DNA of 64,000 nucleotides. It comes from Nannocystis bainbridge. Lineage in GTDB: Bacteria > Myxococcota_A > Polyangia > Nannocystales > Nannocystaceae. The position numbers and the translations under genes are program-made. The stretch spans positions 1,216,001-1,280,000 of the forward strand of contig NZ_JAQNDL010000002.1 of the NCBI RefSeq assembly GCF_028368995.1, read 5' to 3'. The notes below the pieces were generated by a model. It did no database searches. It was not told the DNA's origin and was given only the letters and a program-made list of their open reading frames with translations. This document shows, piece after piece, positions 1 through 10,600 of this stretch (position 1 is its first letter; each line of letters opens with the position of its first letter).

Positions 1-336
1 GGGGCCGGCGTTCGCCATCGACAGCAGGTACTTGCCCTGGTGCTTCAGGTTGAAGTTCTCGTCGGCGAACTTCTCGCCGTAGATCGACTCGCCGCCGGTG
101 CCGTTGCCGCGGGTGAAGTCGCCGCCCTGGCACATGAAGCCGGGGATGATGCGGTGGAAGCTCGAGCCCTTGAAGTGGAGCGGCTTGCCGGAGCGGCCGA
201 CGCCCTTCTCGCCGGTGCTCAGCGCGCGGAAGTTCTCCGCGGTCTTCGGCACGACGTCAGCGAAAAGCTCGAACACGATGCGGCCGGCGGGAGCACCGCC
301 GATGGAAATGTCGAAAAAGACGCGCGGGTTTGCCAT
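1..336 (-). CDS. Cyclophilin-type peptidyl-prolyl cis-trans isomerase (runs off the window; C-terminus missing)
   Basis: Not in the ORF track. Manual translation from the ATG at 336 gives [95 protein letters not shown], with the cyclophilin [16 protein letters not shown] signature. Confidence 0.97.
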   Translation of the reverse strand, partial: MANPRVFFDISIGGAPAGRIVFELFADVVPKTAENFRALSTGEKGVGRSGKPLHFKGSSFHRIIPGFMCQGGDFTRGNGTGGESIYGEKFADENFNLKHQGKYLLSMANAGP

Positions 337-451
337 GAGGCCGCGGACTTTACCACAACCCGGCACGGGCGCCGGCGGGCAGGGCGCCGCAGAACCGCGT
401 GAACCGGCGAGCCCGGCGTTCCCTTCGGAGGTCACGCCCGCGTCGGGCGAG

Positions 452-643
452 AAAAAAACGCGAGCGGGTCGCCCGACATGATTTGGCCGAAGTTCAACCC
501 CTACATCTAGTAGGTGGGATCTGCGTTAGCCGCGTCGGGCTTCTCGTCGGACGAGCCTGCGCACCAGCGACCAGAGACGGACCCCTGGCTGAACGGAGTA
601 GGTAGAACTTTGGGCCTCATGCCGAGCGTCCCGCTCGCGTCTT
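452..643 (-). ncRNA. ssrS: Probable 6S RNA
   Basis: About 190-nt rod. 5' AAGACGCGAGCGGGACGCUCGGCAUG pairs with 3' CAUGUCGGGCGACCCGCUCGCGUUUU, with G-U pairs only on the minus strand. Inner stems GGCC/AAGUUC/CCUA pair with UAGG/GAACUU/GGCC. It has a central bubble region, a CCCACCU..GGGUUGAA segment resembling 6S RNAs, a 3' U-tract and an upstream promoter. Confidence 0.75.
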
Positions 644-644
644 C

Positions 645-673
645 ACTGTAGCACCACTCCGTCGACGTGGCGA
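645..673 (-). promoter_or_regulatory. Sigma70-like promoter for the putative 6S RNA
   Basis: Minus strand TCGCCA-17 bp-TACAGT with an extended -10 TG; predicted start about 638-639, at the 5' end of the stem. Confidence 0.55.
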
Positions 674-705
674 CGTGCGCGACGCCCGACATCATCTGGA
701 TCACC

Positions 706-1311
706 TCACTGCAACGGCCACGGGGTGAGGACGTAATCGGACCCACCTGCGTGGCAGCCGGTGCACAGCTTGACGCCGGTGTCGTCCGCATACACGGTGG
801 CGTCGAGGCGCTCGTACCAGTACCAGCCGTCGCCCTCCGCGCTGTCGGGGGCGAGCTTGACCATCACGGCGTAACCGACGATCGCGTCGGTGCCGCTGCC
901 ATACAACTCCTTGACGGAGGCGGCGCCCGCGAGGTGCTCGGTGTCCGCGGCGAGCGAGTCGGCGAGCGCGGGGTTGACGAAGGTCCGCACGTTGCCGCCG
1001 TGCGGGCCCGAGGACGCGTGGATCTGCGATTCGGACGGCCAGCTGCGGTAGGCGCCGCCGGCGAGCCAGGCCTCGAGCGCTTCGGCCGAGTCGGTGGGCG
1101 GCGCGACCTCGGTGTCGCCGGTCGTGCTCGCAGTGCTCGCGTCGGGGGCGGTCGCGGACGGATCGTCTCCGGTCGCGCTCGTGGTCGTCACGGTCGAGCT
1201 CGTCGAAACCTCCGAGGTCGTGCCGTCGCTGTCGCCGGGCTCCTCGGCGGCACCGCACGCGCAGGCGAAGAGGGTAAGGACGAGGCTGAGGCGCGCGCTG
1301 GGTTCGGCCAT
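706..1311 (-). CDS. Lipoprotein with Thr/Ser-rich linker and cytochrome P460-like c-type heme domain
   Basis: Signal/lipobox LFACAC; STTT linker; C-terminal VKELY...YAVMVK...GDGWYWYE...CTGCH (CxxCH). Confidence 0.75.
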   Translation of the reverse strand: MAEPSARLSLVLTLFACACGAAEEPGDSDGTTSEVSTSSTVTTTSATGDDPSATAPDASTASTTGDTEVAPPTDSAEALEAWLAGGAYRSWPSESQIHASSGPHGGNVRTFVNPALADSLAADTEHLAGAASVKELYGSGTDAIVGYAVMVKLAPDSAEGDGWYWYERLDATVYADDTGVKLCTGCHAGGSDYVLTPWPLQ

Positions 1312-1477
1312 GCGCGGCGTCAACGGGGCGACGCGGCGGGAGTTACAGTGCGTCGCCTCGCTCGCGCCCTGGCGTGAGCGCGGGTCGAACGTCGATCGTG
1401 CGGGGGCGAGCGAGACGGGAGCGTCGTGCAGGGCGACCACGACGCGGCGCCGCTGCGCGAGCGACCCCTCGCGGGAG

Positions 1478-2543
<1,066 letters not shown>

Positions 2544-2545
<2 letters not shown>

Positions 2546-2641
2546 GATGTCCTCCGGGACATGTCGAAAAGGGAATGTCGAATCGGACAGGTATGAAGGA
2601 GCAGGTCCGAACGGACAGGTCCGAACGGACAGGTCCGAACG
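2544..2641. repeat. 14-bp-phased GACA[T/G]G-N8 array (7 units)
   Basis: Units at 2544, 2558, 2572, 2586, 2600, 2614, 2628, e.g. gacatgtcgaaaag / ggaatgtcgaatcg / gacaggtatgaagg / agcaggtccgaacg / gacaggtccgaacg. Fills the whole intergenic gap. Confidence 0.9.
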
Positions 2642-2642
2642 G

Positions 2643-3848
2643 TCAGCCGGCGCGGCCGGGGCGGTGGCGGGCGAGGATCCGGCGGGCGGCGGCGACCTTG
2701 TGGACCTCGTCGGGACCGTCGTAGATCCGCGCGCCGCGCTCGCGGGTGTAGAAGAAGGCGAGCACGGTGTCGTCGGTGAGGCCGAGCGCGCCGTGGACCT
2801 GGATCGCGCGGTCGAGGACCTCGGACAGGACCTCGGCGACGTGGAACTTGATCAGCGAGATGTCGTCGCGGGCGGCGGCGAAGCCGTGCTGGTCGATGAG
2901 CCAGGCGGTGCGCAGGACCAGCAGGCGGGCGGCGTCGATGCGGGCGCGGCACTCGGCCAGCCAGGCCTGGACGATCTGCTTGTCGCCGAGGTGCTCGCCC
3001 GGGGCGAGCTCGCGGGCGACGGCCCGCGCGGCCATCAGGCCGAGGGCGCGCTCGCAGATGCCGAGCCAGCGCATGCAGTGGTGGATCCGCCCGGGGCCGA
3101 GGCGCTCCTGGGCGATGACGAAGCCGCCGTGCGCCGGGCCGAGCAAGCTGTCCCTCGGGACACGACAGGCGGTGAACTCGAGCTCGGCGTGCGAGTCCCA
3201 GCCGGCGCCGGCGTGGCCGAAGATCGGGACGTTGCGGACGCGGCGAAACCCGGGGGTGTCGGTCGGGACGATCAGCATGCTGGCGCGCCGATGGGCCTCG
3301 GCAGCGGGATCGGTGACGGCCATGACGACGGCGAAGGCGGCCCCGTCGGCGCCGGTGGTGAACCACTTGCGGCCGTCGAGCACGTAGTCGTCGCCGTCGA
3401 GGCGGGCGGCGCAGCGCAGCAAGGTGGGGTTGGAGCCGGCGGTGTCGGGCTCGGTCATGGCGAAGCAGCTGCGGATGTCGCCGCGCAGGAGCGGCTCCAA
3501 CCAGCGCTCGCGCTGGGCCGGGCTGGCGTAGCGGTGGAGGATCTCCATGTTGCCGGCGTCGGGCGCCTGGCAGTTGCAGGCGAGGTGACCGAGCGGGCTG
3601 CCGCCGAGGACCTCGCTGAGGAGGCCGTGATCGAGGAGCGAGAGGCCGAGGCCACCCTCCTCTTTGGCCATCTGCGGCAGCCACAGGCCCTCGGCGCGGG
3701 CCGCGGCGCGCAGGCCGGCGACGATGTCGTCGCAGTCGGCGACGCCGCGTGCGAGCACGGTCGGCTCGACCGGGAGGACGTGGGTGCGCATGAAGGCGCG
3801 GGCTCGGTCGAGCAGGGCCGCGGTCGCGGGCGGGATCGCGAAGTCCAT
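2643..3848 (-). CDS. Acyl-CoA dehydrogenase (ACAD10/11 / FadE2-like)
   Basis: [54 protein letters not shown] and [10 protein letters not shown] motifs. Confidence 0.96.
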   Translation of the reverse strand: MDFAIPPATAALLDRARAFMRTHVLPVEPTVLARGVADCDDIVAGLRAAARAEGLWLPQMAKEEGGLGLSLLDHGLLSEVLGGSPLGHLACNCQAPDAGNMEILHRYASPAQRERWLEPLLRGDIRSCFAMTEPDTAGSNPTLLRCAARLDGDDYVLDGRKWFTTGADGAAFAVVMAVTDPAAEAHRRASMLIVPTDTPGFRRVRNVPIFGHAGAGWDSHAELEFTACRVPRDSLLGPAHGGFVIAQERLGPGRIHHCMRWLGICERALGLMAARAVARELAPGEHLGDKQIVQAWLAECRARIDAARLLVLRTAWLIDQHGFAAARDDISLIKFHVAEVLSEVLDRAIQVHGALGLTDDTVLAFFYTRERGARIYDGPDEVHKVAAARRILARHRPGRAG

Positions 3849-4054
3849 GGTGCCGCGAGGCTACCGCAGGAGATGCTTCAGGGGCCATCGGGGCCGCGAG
3901 GCGTGGCGAGCCGCGGCGAGTCGTGGCGGGCGAGCCGTATCAGGCGGCAGCGGGCGGCGTTCTGCCGGGGAGCAGGCTGGGCGCTCGCCTGGTACTCGTG
4001 GCGCGGCCGGAAGGTGCGACCGAGCGGCCCAGCGGGGATGCCGACAGCCGGCGT

Positions 4055-4777
4055 TCAGCGCAGGGTCACGTGGGCGCGCTCGTGGATGTGCGGGAGGGCG
4101 TTGAAGACCCGCAGCTGCATCTCGCCGGGGCGGTAGGCGAGCTCGGTCAGCGAGGCGTTGTGGACGATGAAGCTGGTCTTGAGGCCAGCCCAGGTGTCGA
4201 GCCCGAGCGCCAGCGCCGTGACGACGCCGACCGGCCCGGCCGAGCTGACGACGAGCACGGTGCTGCGGCGCGGGTGCTGCTGCATGACCCGCTCGAGGCC
4301 GCGGGCGACGCGGCCCTGGAACGCGGCGAACGGCTCGACCGCGGGGTGCTCGACGCGACCCTCGTGCCAGCGGCGCATGGCGGCCTGGAACACCAGCTCG
4401 AAGGCCCGCTGGTGACCGGGGCTGCCGCGCTCGGCGCCCATCCAGGCGGTGGCGAGGGCGGCGAGCTCGGGGTCGGCCTCGCACAGCGCGGGCATGGCGT
4501 CCTTCATCAGCGCGATCGCGGGGTACTCGTCGAACTCGAGCAGCTCGCTCGGCGCGGGGAACTCGGCGCCGGCCTGCTGCGCGCCGGCGACCAGCAGCGC
4601 GGCGGTGTCGCGCTGACGCTTGCGCGGGCCGGCGTAGATCGCCTGCGGCGGATCGATCATGCCCGCGAGGTAGCGACCGAGGGCGCTGGCCTGCTGCTCG
4701 CCGAGCGGGGAGAGCACGTCGTAGTCGGCGGCGCCGAGCGACGCCTGGCCGTGGCGGATGATCAGCAGTCGGCTCAC
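4055..4777 (-). CDS. Histidine phosphatase (phosphoglycerate mutase) family protein
   Basis: GTG start at 4777; LLIIRHGQAS (RHG motif), RQRDTA, NASLT. Confidence 0.9.
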   Translation of the reverse strand: MSRLLIIRHGQASLGAADYDVLSPLGEQQASALGRYLAGMIDPPQAIYAGPRKRQRDTAALLVAGAQQAGAEFPAPSELLEFDEYPAIALMKDAMPALCEADPELAALATAWMGAERGSPGHQRAFELVFQAAMRRWHEGRVEHPAVEPFAAFQGRVARGLERVMQQHPRRSTVLVVSSAGPVGVVTALALGLDTWAGLKTSFIVHNASLTELAYRPGEMQLRVFNALPHIHERAHVTLR

Positions 4778-4951
4778 GCCGGCGATCGTGCCCGCGGCGG
4801 TGGGCCGGATCAATCCGAGCGGCGCCAGCCTCGCGTGTGCGGGGGCACGAGCGGGCGCGGCCGACGACGCTCGCCGGTACGAAGGGACATGTCCTTCGGG
4901 GCATGTGTGTGTCGCTGCGACGCGTCGAACGGCGGGCGGGTCGCGTACGGG

Positions 4952-5035
4952 GATCGGTCCGAAAGGGCATGTCCTTCGGGACATGGGCGAACGGACATGT
5001 TCAAAACGGCATGCGCGAAAGGACAGGTCCTTGCG
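4952..5035. repeat. 14-bp-phased array (6 units), plus a doublet at about 4886-4905
   Basis: gatcggtccgaaag / ggcatgtccttcgg / gacatgggcgaacg / gacatgttcaaaac / ggcatgcgcgaaag / gacaggtccttgcg. Confidence 0.9.
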
Positions 5036-5061
5036 GAGCCTGTCCTCGGTGCCGGCGCGGC

Positions 5062-5427
5062 TCAGCGCTTCGAGATCTCGGCGTCGAGCTGGCGCTCGAT
5101 CGCCTCGAGCTCTCGCATCTTGCGCTCGAAGTCGTCGCCGCCGCTGCGCTTGCGGCCGGGGCCGAGGGCGCGGGCGCTGCGGCCGCCGGTGACGGCCTTG
5201 CGCTCGCCGCTGCCGGCGACCAGGCGGTAGCCGATGTAGCCGGCGCCGGCGAGGGCGCCGACGAACAGGACGTTGCCCAGGACGGCGAAGAACAGGCCGA
5301 ACACCATGCGGGCGGCGATCATCAGGGCGAACAGGCCGCCGAGCACGAGCAGCGAACCCTTGGCGAAGCGAGAGGCGACGCTGGGGCGATCGTCGTCGTC
5401 ATGTTCGTAGGAACCCATGGACATCAT
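5062..5427 (-). CDS. Small membrane protein (2 TM helices, C-terminal coiled coil), function unknown
   Basis: Hydrophobic segments followed by DFERKMRELEAIERQLDAEI; codon usage is typical for the window. Confidence 0.75.
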   Translation of the reverse strand: MMSMGSYEHDDDDRPSVASRFAKGSLLVLGGLFALMIAARMVFGLFFAVLGNVLFVGALAGAGYIGYRLVAGSGERKAVTGGRSARALGPGRKRSGGDDFERKMRELEAIERQLDAEISKR

Positions 5428-5543
5428 GGATAGGCGATGGCGGAGGCGGTGGCAAACCCTCCGGCGCGGTCGGCCGCCAGGTCGCCCGGTGCGGGCCGAT
5501 GCGCGGTCCCGGCGAGGCTGCGGGCCTTAAAGTCACACGCGCG

Positions 5544-7388
5544 TCACGGCCCTGCAGGGGGCCGCGGAGCGGCGGCCGGGTCCGGCGAGTCGAGGGCGCC
5601 ATCGCCGGGCAAGCGCGCGCCAGGGGTCGCCTTGCGCGGCAAGGAGGCCGGCTTCGGGCGCGCCGCGGGCCATCCGCCGTCGAGCGGTGCGGGGGCCTCG
5701 GCGCCTGGGACGGGCGGGGAGGACCGGGGCGGCGTGGGCGTCGATGGGGCGACCGGGGCGAGGGCGTGCTCCGGGGGCGAGGCGGGGAGGTCTGCTGCAG
5801 GTGGAGCGACACTCGTCGCTGCGTCCGGGCCCTCGCTGGCCGGGAGCCGGTCTGTGGGGTGCTCGTCGGCGCCCGAGCAGTCGTCGGGCTGCGGGTCGGT
5901 GCAGGGGCCCTCGGGGTCGTCGGTGGACTCCAGGGGCGAGCTGGGGACGGGAGGACCCATGCGGCTCGTCGCGGCGTCGGACGGGGAATACGCCGCGGCG
6001 CGCCGGGTCGACAGCGCGACGGCGCCGTCGAGCGAGCCGCCGATCGCGGTCCGCAGCGGCGCAGGCCGCAGCGAGCCGCTGACGATGCCGGCGGTGACGA
6101 GGGCCAGCCCGGCCGCGACCAGCAGCGGGACCAGGCGACGCGGCCACAAGCCGCGCGCGGGGGGCTCGGACGGCGGCGCGACCCAGCGAGCGGCGGAGTC
6201 GCTGGCGCGGCCGTAGGGCAGGGTGGGCGCGCTGTCGTGGAGCGAGGCGTCGCGCGACAGCGAGGCGCTGCTGCTGGCGGCGCCGGCGGTCGAGTCGCCG
6301 GCCTCGAGCACGTCGCGCCAGGGGTGCTCGCCGGTGCTGGCGGCGTCGGAGGCCGGCACGAGGCCGGCGCGGCCCGACAGGCGGGCCCGGTCGACCCGCA
6401 TGCTGATGGCCGAAGCCCGCGGCTCGAGGTGCTCGGTGAAGTCGTCGGCGTCGCTGTCGAGCGTGCCGCTGAATTGCAGCCGACCCACTTCGATCGCCGC
6501 CATCGCGTTGGCGAGCGCCATCACGGTGGGCCAGCGATCGTCGGGCGATTTGGCGAGCGCGCGCAGGACGATGGCCTCGAGCTCGGCGGGGATCCGGCGC
6601 CGCACGGCCGCGGAGAACGGCGGAGGCGGGGTGATGAGGTGCGCCGCGAGCACGTGGGCCGGCCGCGCGTCGACGAACGGGACCCGCCCGGTGAGGCACT
6701 CGTAGAGGATGACGCCGAGCGCGTAGACGTCGGTGCGGCGATCGATGACGCCGGTGCTGATCTGCTCGGGCGCGGCGTAGCGGGCCAGCTGCAGCGCGGC
6801 GCCGGGCTCGGCGCACGACCACACGCGGCCGCCGCTGGCGACCAGCAGGCCCGGGCTGACGACCTTGAGCGTGCCCGGGTCGTTCTTGTCGCGCACCGGG
6901 TAGAGGCTGCTGGTCGAGAGATCCTGGCGGATCACCCCGTGCTCGTGGGACAGGTGCACGATCTGGCAGGCGCGCACCATCAACGAGCGCAGCCGCTGCC
7001 ACCGCGGCGGACCCTGCCGCGCCAGCTCGTCGGCCAGGCTGGCGTCGGGGAACACGTCGGTGACGAGGTACAGCCGATCGCAGGCGTCGTGGCCGAGATC
7101 GAGGAGATCGACCAGGTCGGCGAGCAGCGGCGAGTCGCCGCGCGGGAGCCGGAGGTTGCGGGTGCGCCGGAGGTCGAGCCGCGCCAGCAGCTCGTCGCCG
7201 CCGCTCAGCTCGGGGGTCACGAACCTCACCGCGACCGTGCGCGCGAGCTCGAGATCCTCGGCGCGCACGAGCTCGCCGAGCGCGTCACGGCCGAGCCGGG
7301 TGACGAGGCGATAACGACCGGCCAGGAGTGAACCTGGCCCCGGGGCCATCAGGCCGTCGGCGCGCGGTCTGTCGTCGGTGCTCGCCAT
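5544..7388 (-). CDS. Membrane-anchored Ser/Thr kinase-like protein, probable pseudokinase
   Basis: Real start MASTDDRP at 7388, inside the 2923-aa shadow ORF. Has GRYRLV, YAAPEQ, DRRTDVYALGVILYECLTGRVPF and RALAKSPDDRWPT, then a TM helix and Pro-rich tail. Catalytic motifs are degenerate. Confidence 0.85.
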   Translation of the reverse strand: MASTDDRPRADGLMAPGPGSLLAGRYRLVTRLGRDALGELVRAEDLELARTVAVRFVTPELSGGDELLARLDLRRTRNLRLPRGDSPLLADLVDLLDLGHDACDRLYLVTDVFPDASLADELARQGPPRWQRLRSLMVRACQIVHLSHEHGVIRQDLSTSSLYPVRDKNDPGTLKVVSPGLLVASGGRVWSCAEPGAALQLARYAAPEQISTGVIDRRTDVYALGVILYECLTGRVPFVDARPAHVLAAHLITPPPPFSAAVRRRIPAELEAIVLRALAKSPDDRWPTVMALANAMAAIEVGRLQFSGTLDSDADDFTEHLEPRASAISMRVDRARLSGRAGLVPASDAASTGEHPWRDVLEAGDSTAGAASSSASLSRDASLHDSAPTLPYGRASDSAARWVAPPSEPPARGLWPRRLVPLLVAAGLALVTAGIVSGSLRPAPLRTAIGGSLDGAVALSTRRAAAYSPSDAATSRMGPPVPSSPLESTDDPEGPCTDPQPDDCSGADEHPTDRLPASEGPDAATSVAPPAADLPASPPEHALAPVAPSTPTPPRSSPPVPGAEAPAPLDGGWPAARPKPASLPRKATPGARLPGDGALDSPDPAAAPRPPAGP

Positions 7389-7697
7389 GGGTCCGTCGCA
7401 AGCATAGTGACCAGCGGGCGAGCGAGCGCAACAAATTTGCTTTTTGGCGGCTGACCTTTGGGCCAGATCGATCTCGAGGCGGCGGCGGCGACGATCGGCG
7501 GCGGCGAACGAGCGGGGTCGCGGCGCCGATGTGCGGTCGCTACGGCGCCGGTCGCGAGATCGCGGCGGCGAGCCGGGCGAGCGGTCTGCGGTGTTCGCGC
7601 GAAATGCCCGAATCGGCGCAACTGCGGCGGATTTCCGGTCGCATGCGGCCGGGCTACAGGTCGATCGGGCCCCGGATCGGGCATACTCGCGGGCACC

Positions 7698-10600
7698 GTG
7701 GCGCAGCAAGACGACAAGGGTGGAAAGCCCGCGAGCACTCCGGGTCGGCCTCCTATCACTCTCCCCGGCGGGCCGCTGCGGGACGACGAGATTCCCCGCG
7801 ATCCCGCGGATCTCTTCGACGCCATCATCGTCGACGAGCGAGCGACCGGGCTGGGCGTGGCTGCCCGTCCGGGGGCCATCCCGCCGATGCCGACGATGCC
7901 GCCGATGGAGGTCGACATCGACGAGGAGATCGAGCTGCAAGCGGACGAACCGGCGCGGCCCCCCTCGCGGCCGGTGCCGCCGGCGCCGCGAGCGCCCGAG
8001 ATCAAGGCCGACAAGCCGGAGCCGAGCAAGCCGGCGCCGGCGCCCACCAGGCCGGAGCCGTCGCGGCCGTTTGCCAAGCTCAGCGAGCCCAAGCCGGCGG
8101 CCGAGTCCGGCAAGCCGGCGCCGCCGACGTTCGGGGCCGGCGGGCTCGGCAAGAGCCTCGGCTCCATGCCGATGCGTGGGGTCTCGCGGCCCACGCCGGC
8201 GCTCGGCAATACGACGCTGATCGGCAGCGGGCCGACGGCCAAGGCGCCGTCGCAGCCGCAACCGGCCGCGCCGGGGTCGCCGCTGGTGGTCCCGCCCGGT
8301 CGCAGGCCTGACGAGTCCGGCACCCGCAAGACGGTCGCCGACGATCTCGAGGTCGATCTCGAGAGCGACGTGCCGGCGGCCGCGCCGAGCATCGACGTGC
8401 TGGCGGTGACCGCCCGCGACGGCGAGATCGATCCGGCGGTGGTGCAGGCGGCGAGGGCCGAGGTCCCGCGCGCCTCCGAGTCGGCGACGCGGCTCTCCAA
8501 CCCCGACACCACGCCGCGGCCCGGTCCGGCGGCGCCGATGCCCGAGGCGCTGCGCACCCGCCTGCTGGCCCGCGGCGCGCCGCCTCCCGGTCCCAGAGGA
8601 CAGGCTCCTTCGGACAGGTCCCCTGTGCCAGGTGCTCCAGGACAGGTCCTTGGGGACAGGTCCTCGGGGCCAGCTCCGCTCGCGCCCGGCGAGCCGCCGC
8701 GCTCGCGGACCACGCCGATGTCGGGCCCCTCGGGGGTGCCGGCGACCGGCGCTCGCGGGCCCTCGGGGCCGGTGACGCGGACCATCTCGAGCCCGGCGAT
8801 GGCGGCCGAGAACCCGTTCCTGCGCGCGGCCCAGGCCCAGATCGAGGCGTGGGAGGCCGAGCTGGCGACCCAGCCCGACCTGTTCCGCGCGGCCCGGCTG
8901 TCGTACGAGATCGGCCGGCTCTACGAGTACCCGCTCGGCGACGTGGTCCAGGCCGGGACCTACTACCTGCGCGCGCACGGGCTGGCGCCCGAGTTTTTGC
9001 CGGTGGTCCGCGGGGCGCGGCGCTCGCTGCTGGCGCAGAAGAACTGGTCGCGCGCGCTGCCGCTGTTCGACACCGAGATCCGGCTGACGTCGGAGCAGAA
9101 GCGCAAGGCGGCGCTGCTGGCCGCCAAGGCGACGGTGCTGCTCGACGGGCTGGCCAACGACGGCGAGGCGCGGGCGACGTTCGCCCAGGCCCGCGACCTC
9201 GACCCGAGCAACGTCGCCTACCTGCGGGCGCTCGAGCAGCTCGACGCCAAGGCCGGCGCGTGGGACCAGCTCGAGCGGACGACCGCGCAGCTGGCCAGCG
9301 CGGTCGAGAAGGACCCGCGCCTGCGCTCGGCGCTGGTGGCCCGCCGGGCCCACCTGGCCGAGGTGCGGCTCAAGAGCGTCGGCAGCTCGGTGGAGCTGCT
9401 CGAGACGGCGCTCGACCTCGATCCGGCGGCGTCGGGCGCGTTCGCGGCGCTCAAGCGCCTGCACCACGGGCAGCACCGCTGGCGCGAGCTCATCAGCGTG
9501 CTCGAGCGCGAGGCCCAGCAGCTGGGCGATCCCGACGTGCGGGCGATGTCCTACTACCGGATCGCCCGCCTGCACTCGGAGCGGCTCGGCAGCCGCGACA
9601 AGGCGATCGCCGCGCTCGAGCGCTCGGTCGCCGAGAGCCCGCGCTACCGCCTGGTGCTCGAGGAGCTGATCCGCCTGTACGAGGCCGCGGAGCGCTACGA
9701 CGCGATGACGCACACGCTGCAGGCGCTGGTCGAGCTGCTCGAGCTGCCGTCGGAGAAGATCAGCGTCCTCTACCAGATCGGCGACATCGTCGAGCACCGC
9801 CTGCACAACGAGGACGAGGCGATGGAGTGGTACGAGGCGGCGCTGGAGATCGAGCCGGCTTACCGCCCGAGCCTGCGCGCGCTGTCGAAGCTGCTGACGC
9901 GCAAGAAGCAGTGGGACCGGCTGCTGCACATGCTGCAGGCCGAGGCCGAGGCGGTCAACGACGGCACGCGGGCGGCCGCGGCGTACACCAAGATGGCGGA
10001 GATCCACGAGGTCCAGCTCGAGGATCCGGAGCGGGCGATGGAGTACCACTCGCGCGCGCTGACGCTGCACCCGGGCCTGGCGACGGCGTTCAAGGCGCTG
10101 CTGCGGCTGTTCGCCGCCTCGGGCCGCCACCACGAGCTCATCGAGCTGCTCGAGCGCGGCATCGACTCGGCCGAGGAGGACGATCGCCGGATCGCGTACC
10201 TCACCCGCATCGCCGACCTCTACGTCGACTACCTCAACGAGCCGGTCCAGGCCGCGCACACGTACCGCCGGATCCTCAAGATCGACCCCGACCACATCGG
10301 GGCGATCCACGCGCTGCAGCGGGCCTGCGAGCTGGCCGGGCGCTACAAGGAGCTGGTCGAGGCGATCGAGCTCGAGGCGAGCAAGACGCTCGACAAGCCG
10401 CGCATCGTCCAGCTGCTCCACCGCGCCGGCGAGGTGCTCGACGAGAAGCTCGACGACCGCGACGGCGCGCTGGTCCGCCTGCGCCGCGTGCTCGAGGTCG
10501 ACCCGAAGTACGCGCCGGCGCTGGCGAGCATCGGTCGCCTGTACCATCGGACAGGTCGCTGGGACGAGCTGCTGCACACCTACGAGCGCGAGCTGGCGAT

